Source of the DNA: Octopus sinensis | Lineage: Eukaryota | Direction: 5' to 3' | NCBI RefSeq assembly: GCF_006345805.1 | Contig: NW_021832035.1 | Location: 136,001-200,000 of the forward strand | DNA length: 64,000 nucleotides | In this document: in pieces, positions 23,403 to 37,039 of the stretch | Layout: each line of letters starts with the position of its first letter | How positions within the stretch are numbered: position 1 is the stretch's first letter | Position numbers and translations under genes: made by a program | Notes under the pieces: model-generated | Seen by the model: only the letters and a program-made list of their open reading frames with translations | What the model was told of the DNA's origin: nothing | The model's database searches: none

Positions 23403-24667
23403 TCAAAATAAGCAACAAGAATGACTCTGGAATCATTCTTGTTGCTTATTTTGATTATAATCACCCAGCAAATTTTTATGGATAACACCATACAGAATTC
23501 TGGTGCATCTAAATTAAGTACCTTATTAATTTGAATCTAAATTTTTGCTGATATATATATATATATATATGTACACGAGTGTATGCTTGTGTCTCTTTGT
23601 TTTGACAAGCATTTTAGTTGTAAATGAGTGTCGTGTTCATATATAAGTGGTATCAAGTTTGCAGTCTTCTGTGCAACATGTCTGCTAGCCACGGGGGGAA
23701 ATTTGACCTTGCTAGGAAACACGTGTGGGCTGGTGACAGGAAAGACATCTAGCTGTACAAAATCCATATCATCTGACCGAGACAAGCTTGGAAGGTGGAC
23801 ATTAAATGATGACAGTGATGATAATTATGTTAATATATTGAAAGATTACCAGGGCATTTCTGTCTTCTGGTTATGAATTGTGTGGGATTAGTGTTAGTGT
23901 GTTGTCCTGATAATGTTACCATTAAAGCATATAAATATCTTTTAATGATAACCATCGAATGTCTTGTAATACATTTCGTCTGTGATATTGCCAAAACAGA
24001 GATCAGATAATTGTCGGGTAACTTTAATTAGAACATAAAATGCTGCAGTGGTTTCCTCGATTCCACTGAAATGGTGAAAGTTTCTATTTGTTGTTATGCT
24101 GTGGGTGTGGAAGGCACAAATGTGGTTGTGTGACTAAGAAGCTCGCTTCCCGAACATGTGGTCTTGGGTTCAGTCCCACTGCATGGCACCTTGGGTAAGT
24201 GTCTCCCACTATGTGCCTCAGGGCAGCCAAAAGCTTGTGAGTGGATTTGATTGACAAAAGCTGATTGTGTGTGAGTGTATATATATGTACATACATACTC
24301 ACCCCCCCCCCCCCCCCGCCACATGTATATATGTGAAGGTGCATGGCCTAGTCAGTATGCAGTATTTTGCACAGGCATTCAGAAGAAATTCATTAAACTC
24401 CTTGGCATGTTCATTTTAACCTCTAGGAAAAAGTGTTCCATATTAATTTGACTCCTACCCTTTGACCTATCCAGCATGGGAGCTCCTTCAAAGAACTTGT
24501 GTTCTGCTGGCATGGCTTCCAGTGTTATCAAGGCACACAAGTTACCTCCCCACAACAAGGACTGGACTTGGTAGTAGTCTAGATGTATGCTACACGTGGA
24601 AACAAATGGGTTGGGCACAGCTTAGAAGCATTCTGACTCCAGCAATACCAGCTCAGTTAGTACTCAA

Positions 24668-24905
24668 CAGGATCTAAACAACAACTCCTACTGTGTTGTT
24701 GTTTAGATCCTGAAATTATACTGTTCTAAGTATAATAGATATTATACTGTTCTATAATAGAAATTATACTGTTATAAGTATAATAGAAATTATACTGTTC
24801 TAAGTATAATAGAAATTATACTGTTCTAAGTATAATAGAAATTATACTGTTCTAAGTATAATAGAAATTATACTGTTCTATAATAGAAGTTATACTGTTC
24901 TAAGT
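24668..24905. repeat. 18-bp-arm hairpin followed by a 26-bp minisatellite (aaattatactgttctaagtataatag) x about 7
   Basis: caggatctaaacaacaac-N9-gttgttgtttagatcctg, immediately followed by the tandem units. Confidence 0.9.
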
Positions 24906-25648
24906 TTCCCTGAGTGAAATTGTAAAGGTGAATCAAAGTTTATGTTTTAAGTCACCATGGCTGAATGCCCACATTATCGATGAGAGACTAAACTTATACA
25001 TATTTCTTCATAATTTGTATTCATACTATGAAAATTTATAATTAGATAACGATATTCTACTGACAAACTGCAAGAGAATAAGTTGTAAACTAAAAGCTAT
25101 TATGTTTACTGACAAGCATTATACATACATATAATAGGTAGAAGAAGGTGATAGAAGTTGTTCAATCGGCAGACTTGAGGGAGGAAATTAAATTGTGCAA
25201 ATATCTATAGTACTTATTTCCCTCCTTCACAGATCTCAATTCAAATTCCTTATAGGGTTGACTTTACCTTGCATCACATCGAAGTCAATAAAATAAGCAA
25301 TAGTAAGTGCTGAAGTTGATTTAATCAACTGTGCTCTTAAGCTGCAAAAATTGGTTTTGTGCCAAATCAAAAGAAATCGATATGCATCCGACACAAGAAC
25401 AATTATGAATGCTGATTGCATAAGAAGTTTTGTTTTGAACTTGCTGACCCTCGTAGTACAGTAGTTGCTATTATTCCGCTGATTTTGAAATATGTATATA
25501 TGTATTTAAACATAGTTACGGGGGATGTGATTAAGTTTGCTTTTGCAACTGCATGCATCCAGGTTCAATCTCGGTATGCAGCATTTTGGTTAAGCATCTT
25601 CTCTTGTTCCAAATTGATCAATGCCATGTGGGTATTCCGTAAATGGAA

Positions 25649-25680
<32 letters not shown>

Positions 25681-25718
25681 ATACACACATATACACACAC
25701 ACATGCATATAAATAAAA

Positions 25719-26113
25719 GCACAGGAGTGGCTGTGTGGTAAGTAGCTTGCTTACCAACCACATGGTTCTGGGTTCACTCCCACTGCGTGGCACCATGGGC
25801 AAGTGTCTTCTACTATAGCCTCAGGCCGACCAAAGCCTTGTGAGTGGATTTGGTAGACAGAAACTGAAAGAAGCCCGTCGTTTATATGTGTATATATATA
25901 TGTATGTGTGTATGTGTCTGTGTTTGTCCCCCCCAATATTACTTGACAACCGATGCTGGTGTGTTTACGTCCCCATAACTTAGTGGTTCAGCAAAAGAGA
26001 CTGATAGAATAAGTACTAGGCTTACAAAGAATGAGTCCTGGGGTCGATTTGCTCAACTAAAGGTGGTGTTCTAGCATGGTCACAGTCAAATGACTGAAAC
26101 GAGTAAAAGAGTA
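25719..26113 (+). mobile_element. SINE family A, full length
   Basis: A-box-like tggctgtgtggt, B-box-like ggttcactccc, CORE-like ggcaccatgggcaagtgtc, tail gagtaaaagagta. Confidence 0.9.
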
Positions 26114-26135
26114 TGTATGTATATATGTCCAGTGC

Positions 26136-26168
<33 letters not shown>

Positions 26169-27689
26169 ATGTGCATGTGTAAGCAGTCCTATGTACCCCT
26201 ATGTTTACATATTCCATGTCTGTCACCATTCTTGAGTGAAGCAGCTTATTGATGCTGGCATTCTTTGTTGTCTGTATGATCAGTCACTCTGATTCTCTGA
26301 TATTCTATTTTTCAAGACCTTTGTAATAATTCTTTCTAGTATAGGCAGAAGGCCCGAAATTTTGGGGGAGGGGCTAGTTGATTATATCGACCCCAGTGAA
26401 TAACTGGTACTTATTTCATTTACCATGAAAGGATGAAAGCAGTCAACTTCAATGGAATTTGAATACAGAATGTAAGGAATGCTTAGCGGCATTTTGTGTG
26501 GTGTGCTAAGCGGCATTTTGTAATAATGGTAATATCCGCCTTTGTAATAATGGTGTCCCTTACTTGGAAAAATATAAGTGTTGGTGATAGGAAGAGCATC
26601 CAGCTTCACAATCCTGCATCAAATAACTTCCTATCCAAACTCCTACTTGTAGGGGAAAAAGAAAAAAACAAAGAAAACGGATATAATTATATTTAGTAAT
26701 AAAGTTAAGTTCATTAAGCTGGGTTTCTTCTTGAAACATTATAATTTAATTACTTGGTAAAATTTAAGCAGGAAAATAAGCAAAACAAAATATCCTGTTT
26801 GATATATATCCTGCGACTAGTTCATATTTGAAATGGAATTTCTTGGGAAATGTACAATTATCATAACTCATAAATGAAATTTATTAAGACTAAATGCCAC
26901 AAACGTTGTTTCATTGTCACTATCATCCATATTCATGACCTGTGATAATGATAGGTATTGTCAAACTTAATGATACAAGACACACAGTATGTGCAGTTAT
27001 TCTGGTATACATGTTTCCATCACAAGTAATCCTGGGGAAATATACTTCAAGTTACTGCTGCTGGTATCTGACAGATTGTAATAATATCTTCTTTGTAATT
27101 ATCATTTGCATTCATTGCGGAAGCCAATTAAGTTGGTATGAAATTTAAACATATTCCTATTTGTAATTCTTCGTGCTATCGTCATCATTGTCATATATAT
27201 TTTCTCATCATGTATAAATGGTATCTCAGTACATAAATGTCTATTAGTGTAAGCTTTGTTAAATGTTATGTTGTAGAATGGAAACTGAATGAAGTTCGAA
27301 TTTTTTTTTTTTTTCAGTTTGAAAGAAAACAAAAAATTACTGTCCAAAAATCGTAAAATAGAAATCATCCTTTTACATTTGCATTAAACACACACACACA
27401 TGTGCACACATATATATACATGCACACACACACACATATACACACATACATGCACAGACACACACATGCACACACATACACAATATATATATATGAATTA
27501 TATTTATATTATTTGTTATTTATATATTGGTTTATGTCTATCACTGTTTGAGTTGCCTAATAGTGGTTTTATCTCTAATTCATATTATATATATTTATAC
27601 TGTGAAATTTGATTTAACCCTAAATCTAATTTTTCCCTGTAAGTTTGGAGCCATACCCCCTAATATTATATATATATATATATATGTAG

Positions 27690-27974
27690 TTTGTTCCTTC
27701 TTGAGCCACGCCTGGCTCATAAAGACCAGTTTCCTGGTTTCCTTGGCGTATAGGTTCCCCACCTGGATGAGACGCTGGTCCGTCAGAGGTGAGCTACAAG
27801 ATGCAGGAGGAAAGAATGAGAGAAAGTTGTGGCGAAAGAGTCAGCAGAAGTTCGCCAGAGCCGCGTGGAACTTAGGTGTTTCACTCATAAACACACACAT
27901 TGCCTTGTCTGAGATTCAAACCCGCGATCCCTCGACCACAAGTCCGCTGCTCTAACCACTAGGCCATGTGCCTC

Positions 27975-27976
<2 letters not shown>
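27690..27976 (-). mobile_element. SINE family C
   Basis: Reverse complement of tggaggcacatggcctagtggttagagcagcggac...; matches 41821-42067. Confidence 0.85.
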
Positions 27977-28020
<44 letters not shown>

Positions 28021-28839
28021 ATGTGTGTGTATAAAATGATATAATTGTAAATCAGACAATAATAAAGATAATTGCCTTGTGGTGGTCATTGAAGATTTGT
28101 AGATACTAAAAGTGTACATGCTCTCTCTTATTCACTTTTATTTCAATATTTTTTATTACCAAAGTAATTTTGTTTTTTCTGATCATTTGTCTATGATTCA
28201 GTTACTGCGAAAATGATAATATATATCATGTCAACAAGTGTTAGCAAAGTTGGAAGTGAATGTAACAGTCTGTGTGTGTGTTTTTTTATGAATTCTCTAA
28301 TTCTCTCACAATCTGTTTTAATTCCTTCATATGATATCTCACATCCGATCATTTGCAAAATGTGCAATTCAGGAACAATCAAAATTCATTTAATTTTGGA
28401 ATGGGGACCTTCTCTATAGTTAATTAAAGTTAAATCCGTGAGAAAGGCCACCGTAAAAATGACACTGGTCACATGAAGGTCCATTAAAGAAAATTACTTT
28501 ACATTTCTTTAGCCCTTCATACTATGAACAGTTCAGTGACTGGAAATATGTCATTGCAGATTGCAAACTGTTTGTAGGGACGGTGGTCTTGGTGTTACAC
28601 GTCAAGCAAACAACATCTAGAAAAGAAAACACAAATACGCTAACAATACCTACACACTCATACATGCATGTATATGTGCTCTCCCCATGTCTCTTTTTCC
28701 TTTCTTTTCTTCTGATGAAGGGCTAACATCCTGAATGTTAAGTTTCTCTTTCTCCATTAACCATTAGCATTCAGATTACTCTGCTTATTTCCTAACAATG
28801 AAAAAAACTTGTGTAGTTCAGTGGTCCATATATATACTT

Positions 28840-29342
28840 TGAACCAGCCAGGATCCCTGGTCTGGTGGTACGTAAAAAGCACTATCCGACTCGTGGCCGT
28901 GGCACGTAAAATACTCAATGCGACCGTACGACAGGCACCCTTGCCAACCCCCTTTGCTTGTGAAGACATGTTGGGGCAGCGAAATCGAAATCGAATTGAA
29001 CCAGCCAGGATCCCTGGTCTGGTGGTACGTAAAAAGCACTATCCGACTCGTGGCCGATGCCAGCACCGCCTCGACTGGCTTCCGTGCCGGTGGCACATAA
29101 AATACACCAATCTGACCGTGGCCGTTGCCAGCCCCGCCTGGCACCTGTGCAGGTGGCACGTAAAAAGCACCCACTACACTCACGGAGTGGTTGGCGTTAG
29201 GAAGGGCATCCAGCTGTAGAAACATTGCCAAATTAGACTGGAGCCTGGTGCAGCCTTCTGGCTTCCCAGAACCCCGGTCGAACCGTCCAACCCATGCTAG
29301 CATGGAGAACGGACGTTAAACGACGATGATGATGATGATGAT
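28840..29342 (+). mobile_element. Family E element with an internal duplication
   Basis: tgaaccagccaggatccctggtctggtggtacgtaaaaagcac occurs twice; (GAT)n tail. Confidence 0.85.
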
Positions 29343-29759
29343 TTAAAATTTAAGTAGGCAAGACAAAATTACCTGTAAAAATGGCCATCTGTTATTATGA
29401 CCAACTAGGGTTTATATCAAGTAACTAAGTGCTACTAACTAACAAGAAAGAATTTAATTTTATTTTTCTTGAAAACAATTATCTGAAAGGTTGTAGCTGT
29501 GCACTTCTCTCTCCCTGGTTTCATTAAAATCAGTGTTGTTTAATGATTTCTGTGTTATACGAGATATGTAATTAGTATGAAATGTGTAATAAATTAATAG
29601 TATTTAATTACTACCTGCTTAGATATTCTATTGTTAAAATTACTCAAGGTATTTTTATAGGCATATATGCAGAATAAAATTGTAGCATAAGAAGCATGCA
29701 CAAAGAGAGAGAGACTGACAGACAGAGAGAGAGAAAGAGGGAGAGAGGTTGGATACTAA

Positions 29760-29980
29760 CCCTTTAACATTCAAACTGGTCAAATCTAGCCCAAATATTC
29801 TACCTGTTTTATGTTCAAACTGGCCATATCCAGCCTCTCACACCTACCCTACAATGTCATTCTAAAAACAAACAATCACATCATTGAAATCTCAAAGCTG
29901 CAAGATAATACATGATTCATTCAAAATGATGTAAATGAACTAATATTACGTTTGATTGAGTAATCTGAATGGTAAAAGGT
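29760..29980 (+). mobile_element. TTAA-type MITE family 2
   Basis: taa|ccctttaacattca...tgaatggtaaaagg|ttaa. Relatives at about 10765-10970, 39657-40172 and 56062-56440. Confidence 0.75.
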
Positions 29981-30018
29981 TAAAGGTATTATTTGATCTT
30001 TTATTATTCGATATTTTA

Positions 30019-30253
30019 AGGCGGTGAGCTGGCAGAGATGTTAGCGCACCAGGCGAAATGCTTAGCAGCATTTCGTCTGTCGTTACGTTCTGAGTTCAAA
30101 TTCTGCCGAGGTCGACTTTGCCTTTCATCCTTTCGGGGTCGATAGATTAAGTACCAGTTACACACTGGGGTCTATATAATCGACTTAATCCGTCTGTCTG
30201 TCCTTGTTTGTCCCCACTATGATTTAGCTTCTTGTGGGTAGTAAAAAAATAGG
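30019..30253 (+). mobile_element. SINE family B with TSD tattattcgat
   Basis: TSD at 30002-30012 and 30254-30264. Confidence 0.9.
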
Positions 30254-30359
30254 TATTATTCGATCTGAAGTAGAGATGATTGAGCTGGTATGGGCATGCG
30301 GCACAAATGGATGCATGGATAAAAGTGCCATGCATGGATGCCAGTCCATCGCAGCATTA

Positions 30360-30550
30360 TTCAAGAAACAGGAAGAAAGAGTGAGAGAAAGTTGGGGCGA
30401 AAGAGTACAACAGGGGTCGCCACCACACCCTGCCAGAGTCTCGTGGAGCTTTAGGTGTTTTCGCTCAATAAACACACACAGCGTCCGGTCTGGGAATCAA
30501 AACTACGATCCTCCAACCATGAGTCTGCTGCCCTAACCACTGGGCCATTG
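30360..30550 (-). mobile_element. SINE family C fragment
   Basis: gagagaaagttggggcgaaagagtacaacagggg...gtggagctttaggtgttttcgctcaataaacacac...ctaaccactgggccattg. Confidence 0.8.
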
Positions 30551-30889
30551 CTCTTGCAAAAAAAAAGAAAAAAAACTATACCTAGTTTTCATTGCTATCA
30601 TAAAACTACAAAGCATAAGTACTCTGTCAAAGGCCTTCTCTAGATAAACAAGTGTTATGTAGAATGATTTACTCTAAGTTAAGAACTTCTCTTGTAGTCA
30701 TCTCACAGGAGGGCAGGCACTGGTGTTATGCTGATGCCCTCTTCCTAGAGGATTTGGCACAAATCTGAACTGCATCTCAAATAGTTTCCTGATCAGTTAA
30801 TCCATCAGTTTCGATCCTATGTAGTTGTTTCATTCTTGAATATCTTCCTTATCTTTCTTGTAATCCATAATGGCATCTATTTTTTTTTT

Positions 30890-31670
30890 CTACTTGTTTC
30901 AGTCATTGGACTGCAGCCATTCTGCAACACTGTTTTGTAGGATTTAGTCAAAACAAATCCACTCCAGGACTTATGTTTTTTTTTGTGCTCAGTGCTTATT
31001 TGTTGGTCTGGTCCTATTTACTGAAATCACTAAGTTATAGACATGAATATGCTAACAATGATTGCCCCACAGAGTGGGGCTCACACACAGGTGCAATGGA
31101 TTTGAACACAGTTTCCATCTCCTGTATTCACTCACAAGTCATTGGTTGGCTTGGGGCTGTAGAAGACACCACTTGTCCAGGGTGCCATGCAGTGGGATTG
31201 AACCTAATACCATATGGTTGCAAGAGCAAGCTTCTTAACCACACAGCCATGCTGGCACCTAGCTTAAAATTTCTTCTGAAACAATTTACTGTGATTCGTT
31301 TACTGTTGCTTATTATTCTTTTATCTTTTATTTGTTTCAATCATTAGACTGTGGCCATGCTGGGGCACTGCCTTGAAGAATTTTTAGTCAAATGAACGAA
31401 CCCCAGTACTTAATTTCGTTAAGGCTGGTACTTATTTTATCGGTATCTTTTGCCTAACCACTAAGTTACGAAGATGTAAACACCTACACCAGTTGTGGTG
31501 GGACACAACCATGTACACATGCACACACATGTACAAAGGGCTTCTTTCAGTTTCTGTCTACCAAATCCACACACAAGGCTTTGGTCATGCCCAACGTGCC
31601 ATTCAGTGGGACTGAACCCGAAACCATGTGGTTGGGAAGCAAACTTCTTGATGCACAGCTATGCCTGCAC
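30890..31670 (-). mobile_element. Two diverged family-A SINEs
   Basis: Each begins ttgtttc(a)gtcattggactg.../tcattagactgtggccatgctgg and ends in the reverse complement of the tRNA-type head. Confidence 0.7.
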
Positions 31671-32864
31671 CTATTTAAGGCACTTTTTACACCATCATTG
31701 CTAGAACTTTGGATGCATTCTATGGAAATGCATTCTGTTCTAATTATTCAGGTTGGGTCTCTGGTCTGAGGATAATTTCAGACCACCAGTTGTGTATACG
31801 TGTGTGTGTATGTGTGTAGGGGTGCGTGCTAAAGCGTTAAAGGTAATGGGTGCTTTCCTTCCTGATCCGAGTCATTCAAAGAAAAATAGCAAAGAAACTA
31901 ATGTGCTGTGACCATGCTGGGTTGGTTACAAATTTCGAAAAAAAAAAAAGTCTTTAAATGATTTATTGTATACAGGTCTTTTAACCCAGTTATTCTTTGT
32001 TAGCTTGAAATATCCTCGTTAACTTAAAAGAGAATTCTGTTTTTGTTTTTTGTTGTTTTTTTTTTTTGTTCCAAGTGCTGCCTTTCATTAGAATTCTTTA
32101 TAGACTCTGTCAAATGAAGGTTGCCTGAAGTTTATTTCTAAGAATTTGTTAGTTAAAACCTTTAATTGTAAGCACTGGACATTGTTTTGTGTGCAGAGTT
32201 GTATAATTTCTCAAATGAAACAAACAAATTAATGAGTTTGATTTCTAATTAGCCAAGATCATTACATTTGAACGTTTGTTACATGTTGCTCTAATCAACA
32301 TATTATTCTCTTCCATTAATCAGTCCTCAATATTATAATCAATTATTATGTAAAAGAATTTTATTTTGGAATCATTTTTGGGGGTATAGTGTTGTTATTT
32401 AACCATAGGTCAAGTTATAACTTGACACTGATCAAGACCACTTCACACAATTCCAATCCATCATGTTTCCAGACAATCTACTCAGGACTCCATTATCTAT
32501 TGTGTTCTTCTTTTGAAATATAGCATGGTTTGAGGCAATTTTGGTTACTATTTTTAGTAGGGTCAGTGAACACAAAGAAAGAGAGAGACTCTCTTGTTGG
32601 ATTGTTTTGTAGGTATATATTTTACAAAGAAAAATAACAGGTAAACCAATGCACTGTGACAATTTACATTACTGACATTTATTAAAACTGAAAGATAATA
32701 TTGAGTTTAACAACAACAAACATTTTAAGCTCATTTTCCCTGCTAAGTAAATCCTGTAGGCCCCATGATAGTCTCATTTCATCTAACATCATCCCTTCTT
32801 TTCTCCCTCATCATCTTTAGTCACGTCTGTCTTAGTCTTTCTCGTTTACTTACCATACGAGTGT

Positions 32865-33345
32865 GATCATTGACAGAGTGGCTAACCGGCTTCCGTGCCA
32901 GTGGCACTTAAAAGGCACCATTCAAGTGTGATTGTTACCAGCGTCACCTTACTAGCACTCGAGCCCCGTGCTAGTAGGGTATTAAGAGCACCATCTGAGC
33001 GTGATCGTTGCCAGAGCGGCTATCTGGCCTCCGTGTCGGTGGCATGTAAAAGACACCATTCGAGGATGATCGTTACCAGCGTCGCCTTACTGGGACCTGT
33101 GTCTATGGCATGTGTAAAAGATTCGAGCGAGGTCATTGCCAGAACTGCCTGACTGGTCCCGTGCTGGTGGCACATAAAAGCACCCACTACACTCTCGGAG
33201 TGGTTGGCATTAGGAAGAGAATCCAGCTGTAGAAACTCTGCCAGATCAAGATTGAAGCCTGGTGCAGCCATCTGGTTCACCAGCCTACAGTGAAACCGTC
33301 CAACCCATGCTAGCATGGAAAGCGGACGTTAAACGATGATGATGA
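32865..33345 (+). mobile_element. Family E element
   Basis: Hairpin modules, family core, and gcggacgttaaacgatgatgatgat tail. Confidence 0.85.
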
Positions 33346-33349
33346 TTCA

Positions 33350-33870
33350 TTGCTCTGTCTTCTCTCATCCAGCCATCTTCATCCTTCTTCCATATAATAC
33401 TCAGCCATTTCATTCCGTTTCTCTTAACAACATCAACATTTACCATTTTCCATGCTGGCATCATGGGTTTGGCACTATTTCCATCATTCACTACAATTCT
33501 CCGTCTTCTCAGTAACACTCTGCTCAGTAACACTCTGACCTTTCTCATTTCCATTCTTTCCAACCTCATCTGACACTCCACACTCATCTTTCTTGTCTCA
33601 CTCCTATCTATCACCTCACTTCTCCCCCTGTTTCAGTGACACTCCTCTTCTCATTAGTACACCACTCAAATTCCCAGAACTTCTTCCATGAGCGTCCACT
33701 GCAGCTACTGTTAACTGAGTTTGATCCACCTTCTCCTTTCAACCCAATCACCTACCTGTCAAAATCGTTTCACACCTTCCCTCATCATGCCATTCCCAAG
33801 ATCCAATTCAACAGGCCCTCAACCAGCAGCTCCTTCCATACAAACTCTTACACTACCTACTTTTGTAACT
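33350..33870 (-). pseudogene. RTE-clade LINE RT C-terminal remnant
   Basis: Broken frames read ELDLGNG...VKRF*QVGD, WKKFWE(L)SGVLMRRGVSLK, MRLERMEMRKVR and WKKDEDGWMR. Confidence 0.8.
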
Positions 33871-33944
33871 GCCACACCTGTTAATAATCTTCTCTCACAC
33901 CTACATTTATACAAACTCTCCCAACACATATTGAACATTTAACG

Positions 33945-34187
33945 CTGTGATTCTCAACCATTTTTCTGCCTATGGACCCCTTTGGTGACCCCATTCTCCT
34001 CAACTGGACTTTTATAACCAAACATTCTTATTAAATTTCTATAATTAAATGTTATTAGGAATTGTACAAAAAATTAAAACATTTTGTGTATTGTAGAATT
34101 ATGACCAGTTTATTGTACATAAATTTTAACAACAGAATCTTACATGGACCCCCAAGGATCACATGAACTCTGGTTTGAGAATCACGG
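33945..34187 (+). mobile_element. hAT (Charlie-like) MITE
   Basis: TIRs ctgtgattctcaacc / ggtttgagaatcacgg; 8-bp TSD atttaacg / atttaatg. Confidence 0.8.
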
Positions 34188-35821
34188 ATTTAATGGAATT
34201 TACTCCAACACTCTTACTGCACACTGCAATTCCTTTGTTCTTTCTGTCTTATTGCATGTTTTACTGATGGTGCATGGCCTAATGGTTAGTGTTGCATTTG
34301 CAATTGTAAGATTGCAGTTTTGATTTCCAAATCAGGCAGCTGTGTTCTTGAGCAAGACTCTTTATTTTCATGCAGTTCTAGTTTACTCAACTATCAGTAA
34401 GTTGCATGGTTTAATGGTTAGGGTGTTTGACTTGTGATTGTGGTTTTGATTCCTGGACAAGGTGATGTGTTGTGTTCTTGTAGTGTGGTGGAAGAAAAGG
34501 ACAACAGAAAAAGAAGCAAACAGGAGAAAGAAATACAAAAGGCCTTACCTGTTGACCTCGGCGGAATCAGCGGTCACTCTCATGAATTAAACACATCTTG
34601 CCTCTCTGCGGTCTCAGCTCAAACTGCCCACAAGTGCTTCCTGACCACGTATGCCCCTTTCACTCTTCCGCCGGCCCCTGCAAGCCTTATTTCTGTCCAC
34701 CTCATCTGCAGTCCCCTCCACCAACACCACATAGCTCCATCACAGCCCATAACACTACTAACACCACAGTTCTTGAGCAAAACACTTCATTTTATGTTGT
34801 TCCAGTCCACTCGGCTGGTAAAAATGAGTAATGCTGTGACAGACCAGTATCCCATCAGGGGAGGAATATATGTGCAAGAGAAACTGGGAAGCTCACCCTA
34901 TGCTCTCTATGGAATAATGTGGACTAACCAATAGCAGGGGGAGTTAAATCTGTGACAGGCTGGCATCCCATTCAGAGTGGAGTAATGCTGTGATCTCATT
35001 CATTTCCTCACCATGAAACCGGCTTCAGCTCCATCCTTATGACTCCTAGGGTTCATCACTGACCTACATTCCTTACCATCATCATCTTTGTCTTTCTTTC
35101 ATACCCCTTCATACCCTTTTTTTTGTTTCTATAAATTTATCTACTTTTGTCCATTCATTCACAATTTCTAACATCATATCACCTTCTTGCATCAACTTTC
35201 GTGATAACATTTTTTTTTGCTTCAACCAGCATCTCCATCACCACAACTACAAAAGGTGGTGGGTTTCATATTGATGATTCCTAATGCATCTCAACCTTCA
35301 TCTCTGCATCAATTGTACGAATCTAATTTAATTACTCTTGATCATATATACGCATCTGTAATGAGATTTGTTCATGCGACTTACAAATATTCACTCTGTT
35401 TTGTATTATAATTACTATAGCAAACGGTGGATGATTATATTATCTAATATAATTTATCTTTTCTTACTTCAAATTTTGCTAGAGATGATTTTTGCCGTTC
35501 GTTTATTTTTTTTTTTTTCAGAGTTGATAGAATAAGTAACAGTAATATATTTGACTTATTGCAATTAAATATGTTTTTTACCTTTTTAAAAAAAAAAAAA
35601 AAGAGGAAAGGAAACTAGCATTTCGAAATGAAACCTTATAAAAGTTGATTTTTTTTTTTTTTTTTTTATCCTTTCATCCTAGTTGGAATAATTCAGCCAA
35701 ATGTAACAATAAAGTATTTGAGACGATATGATCGAATTGATTCTACCTCACTCCCTACTGAAATGTATATATGACCGTATGTCAATGACAGAAACTTTTT
35801 GAATGATATTCATAACTTATT

Positions 35822-36068
35822 TTATTTCGTTTTTGGATTTGGTTTGCAAGATTCTTTGTATGAGTTCGTGTGTTGAAGCATATTCTGTTGTGTCTGGGGA
35901 GAGTCATTTTCTTTTTGTGCCTTATTATTTAACACACTCACCGGTAAAATTTCCACTTTTTTCTTATTTTTAGGACAATAAAAATTAAAATAAGAAAAAA
36001 GTGGAAATTTTACTGGTGAGTGTGTTAAATAATAAGGCACCAAAAGAAAATGACTCTCCCCAGACACA
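35822..36068. repeat. Foldback element with about 82-bp inverted arms
   Basis: Arms 35889-35970 and 35987-36068 with a 16-nt spacer. A single-orientation relative is at 54922-55052. Confidence 0.9.
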
Positions 36069-37039
36069 ATAGCATAACTTATTTTATTTGATATTTTATT
36101 TATTGCAATACCTTACTCAATGGCAAGATATCCAAAGAATTTTTTGAAACCTCTTGTGTTCAATATACTAACATAATGTTTTCAAATGTGCTGATTTATG
36201 CCATGAAATTTCCACTGGTCTTGCTAGTTATTATAATTAGAATAAAGTTAAGCTTCTTATGAACCAAATCCATGATGGGGGGATTTGATTTTCAGTTGAA
36301 GACGATGCTTCACATTGGGGAAACGTATAAACTACCAATATCTCAGCTCTCTTCCTGCTAAGCCTTGTATGTCTAGCTAAGACTTCCAGCTGAAGAAATC
36401 ACTTATGCTGGGTTAAGATATACATATATATATATATATATATAAAGAATAAAGAAAAATAAACAAACATTTTCCTTCTTACTAAATCTGACATGTCTAA
36501 GACTTCTAGTCGAAGACTTCATTGGAGAAATTCTTAAAAGACCAATATCTCATTTCTCGTCATGCTAAACCTCATATGTCTGCCTAAGAAATCATTATCA
36601 TCTATCATGATTCCAATAATCTTTTGCATGTTTCTTTCTTCCGTATCTGTCATTATATTTCCTTGTCTTGCAGTCTTACACTTATATCCCCTTTTAGTCT
36701 TCCACCAGAAATTCTAAAAGCTTAGCCAAACAATTTGAAATGTTTTATCTGCTTACCATTATTTTGACAATGGAATATTAATATAACATCTAATTTTTCT
36801 GTGGTACGAGAAAATGATGACTGGATATAGATGAGTTTTCTATACATCAGATTTATATATATATATATATATAAGCATGCTTCGTTTATTTCCTTCCTTC
36901 ACTATGAATGAATGATTTCAATTTATGTCACACTGCTCTTTTAAAGTACCAGATATAAATTTAATCTTCACTAAAACAAATAGACATATTCACATTTTCC
37001 CTTTCATATAATTATTTTTCTGATCCGTGTCTACAATAT

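Noticed and set aside
26830-27290. Cys-containing broken minus-strand frame (ICQIPAAVT*SIFPQDYL*WKHVYQNNCTYC)
   Set aside because: Multiple stops and no recognisable family; cannot be distinguished from random AT-rich sequence without a search.
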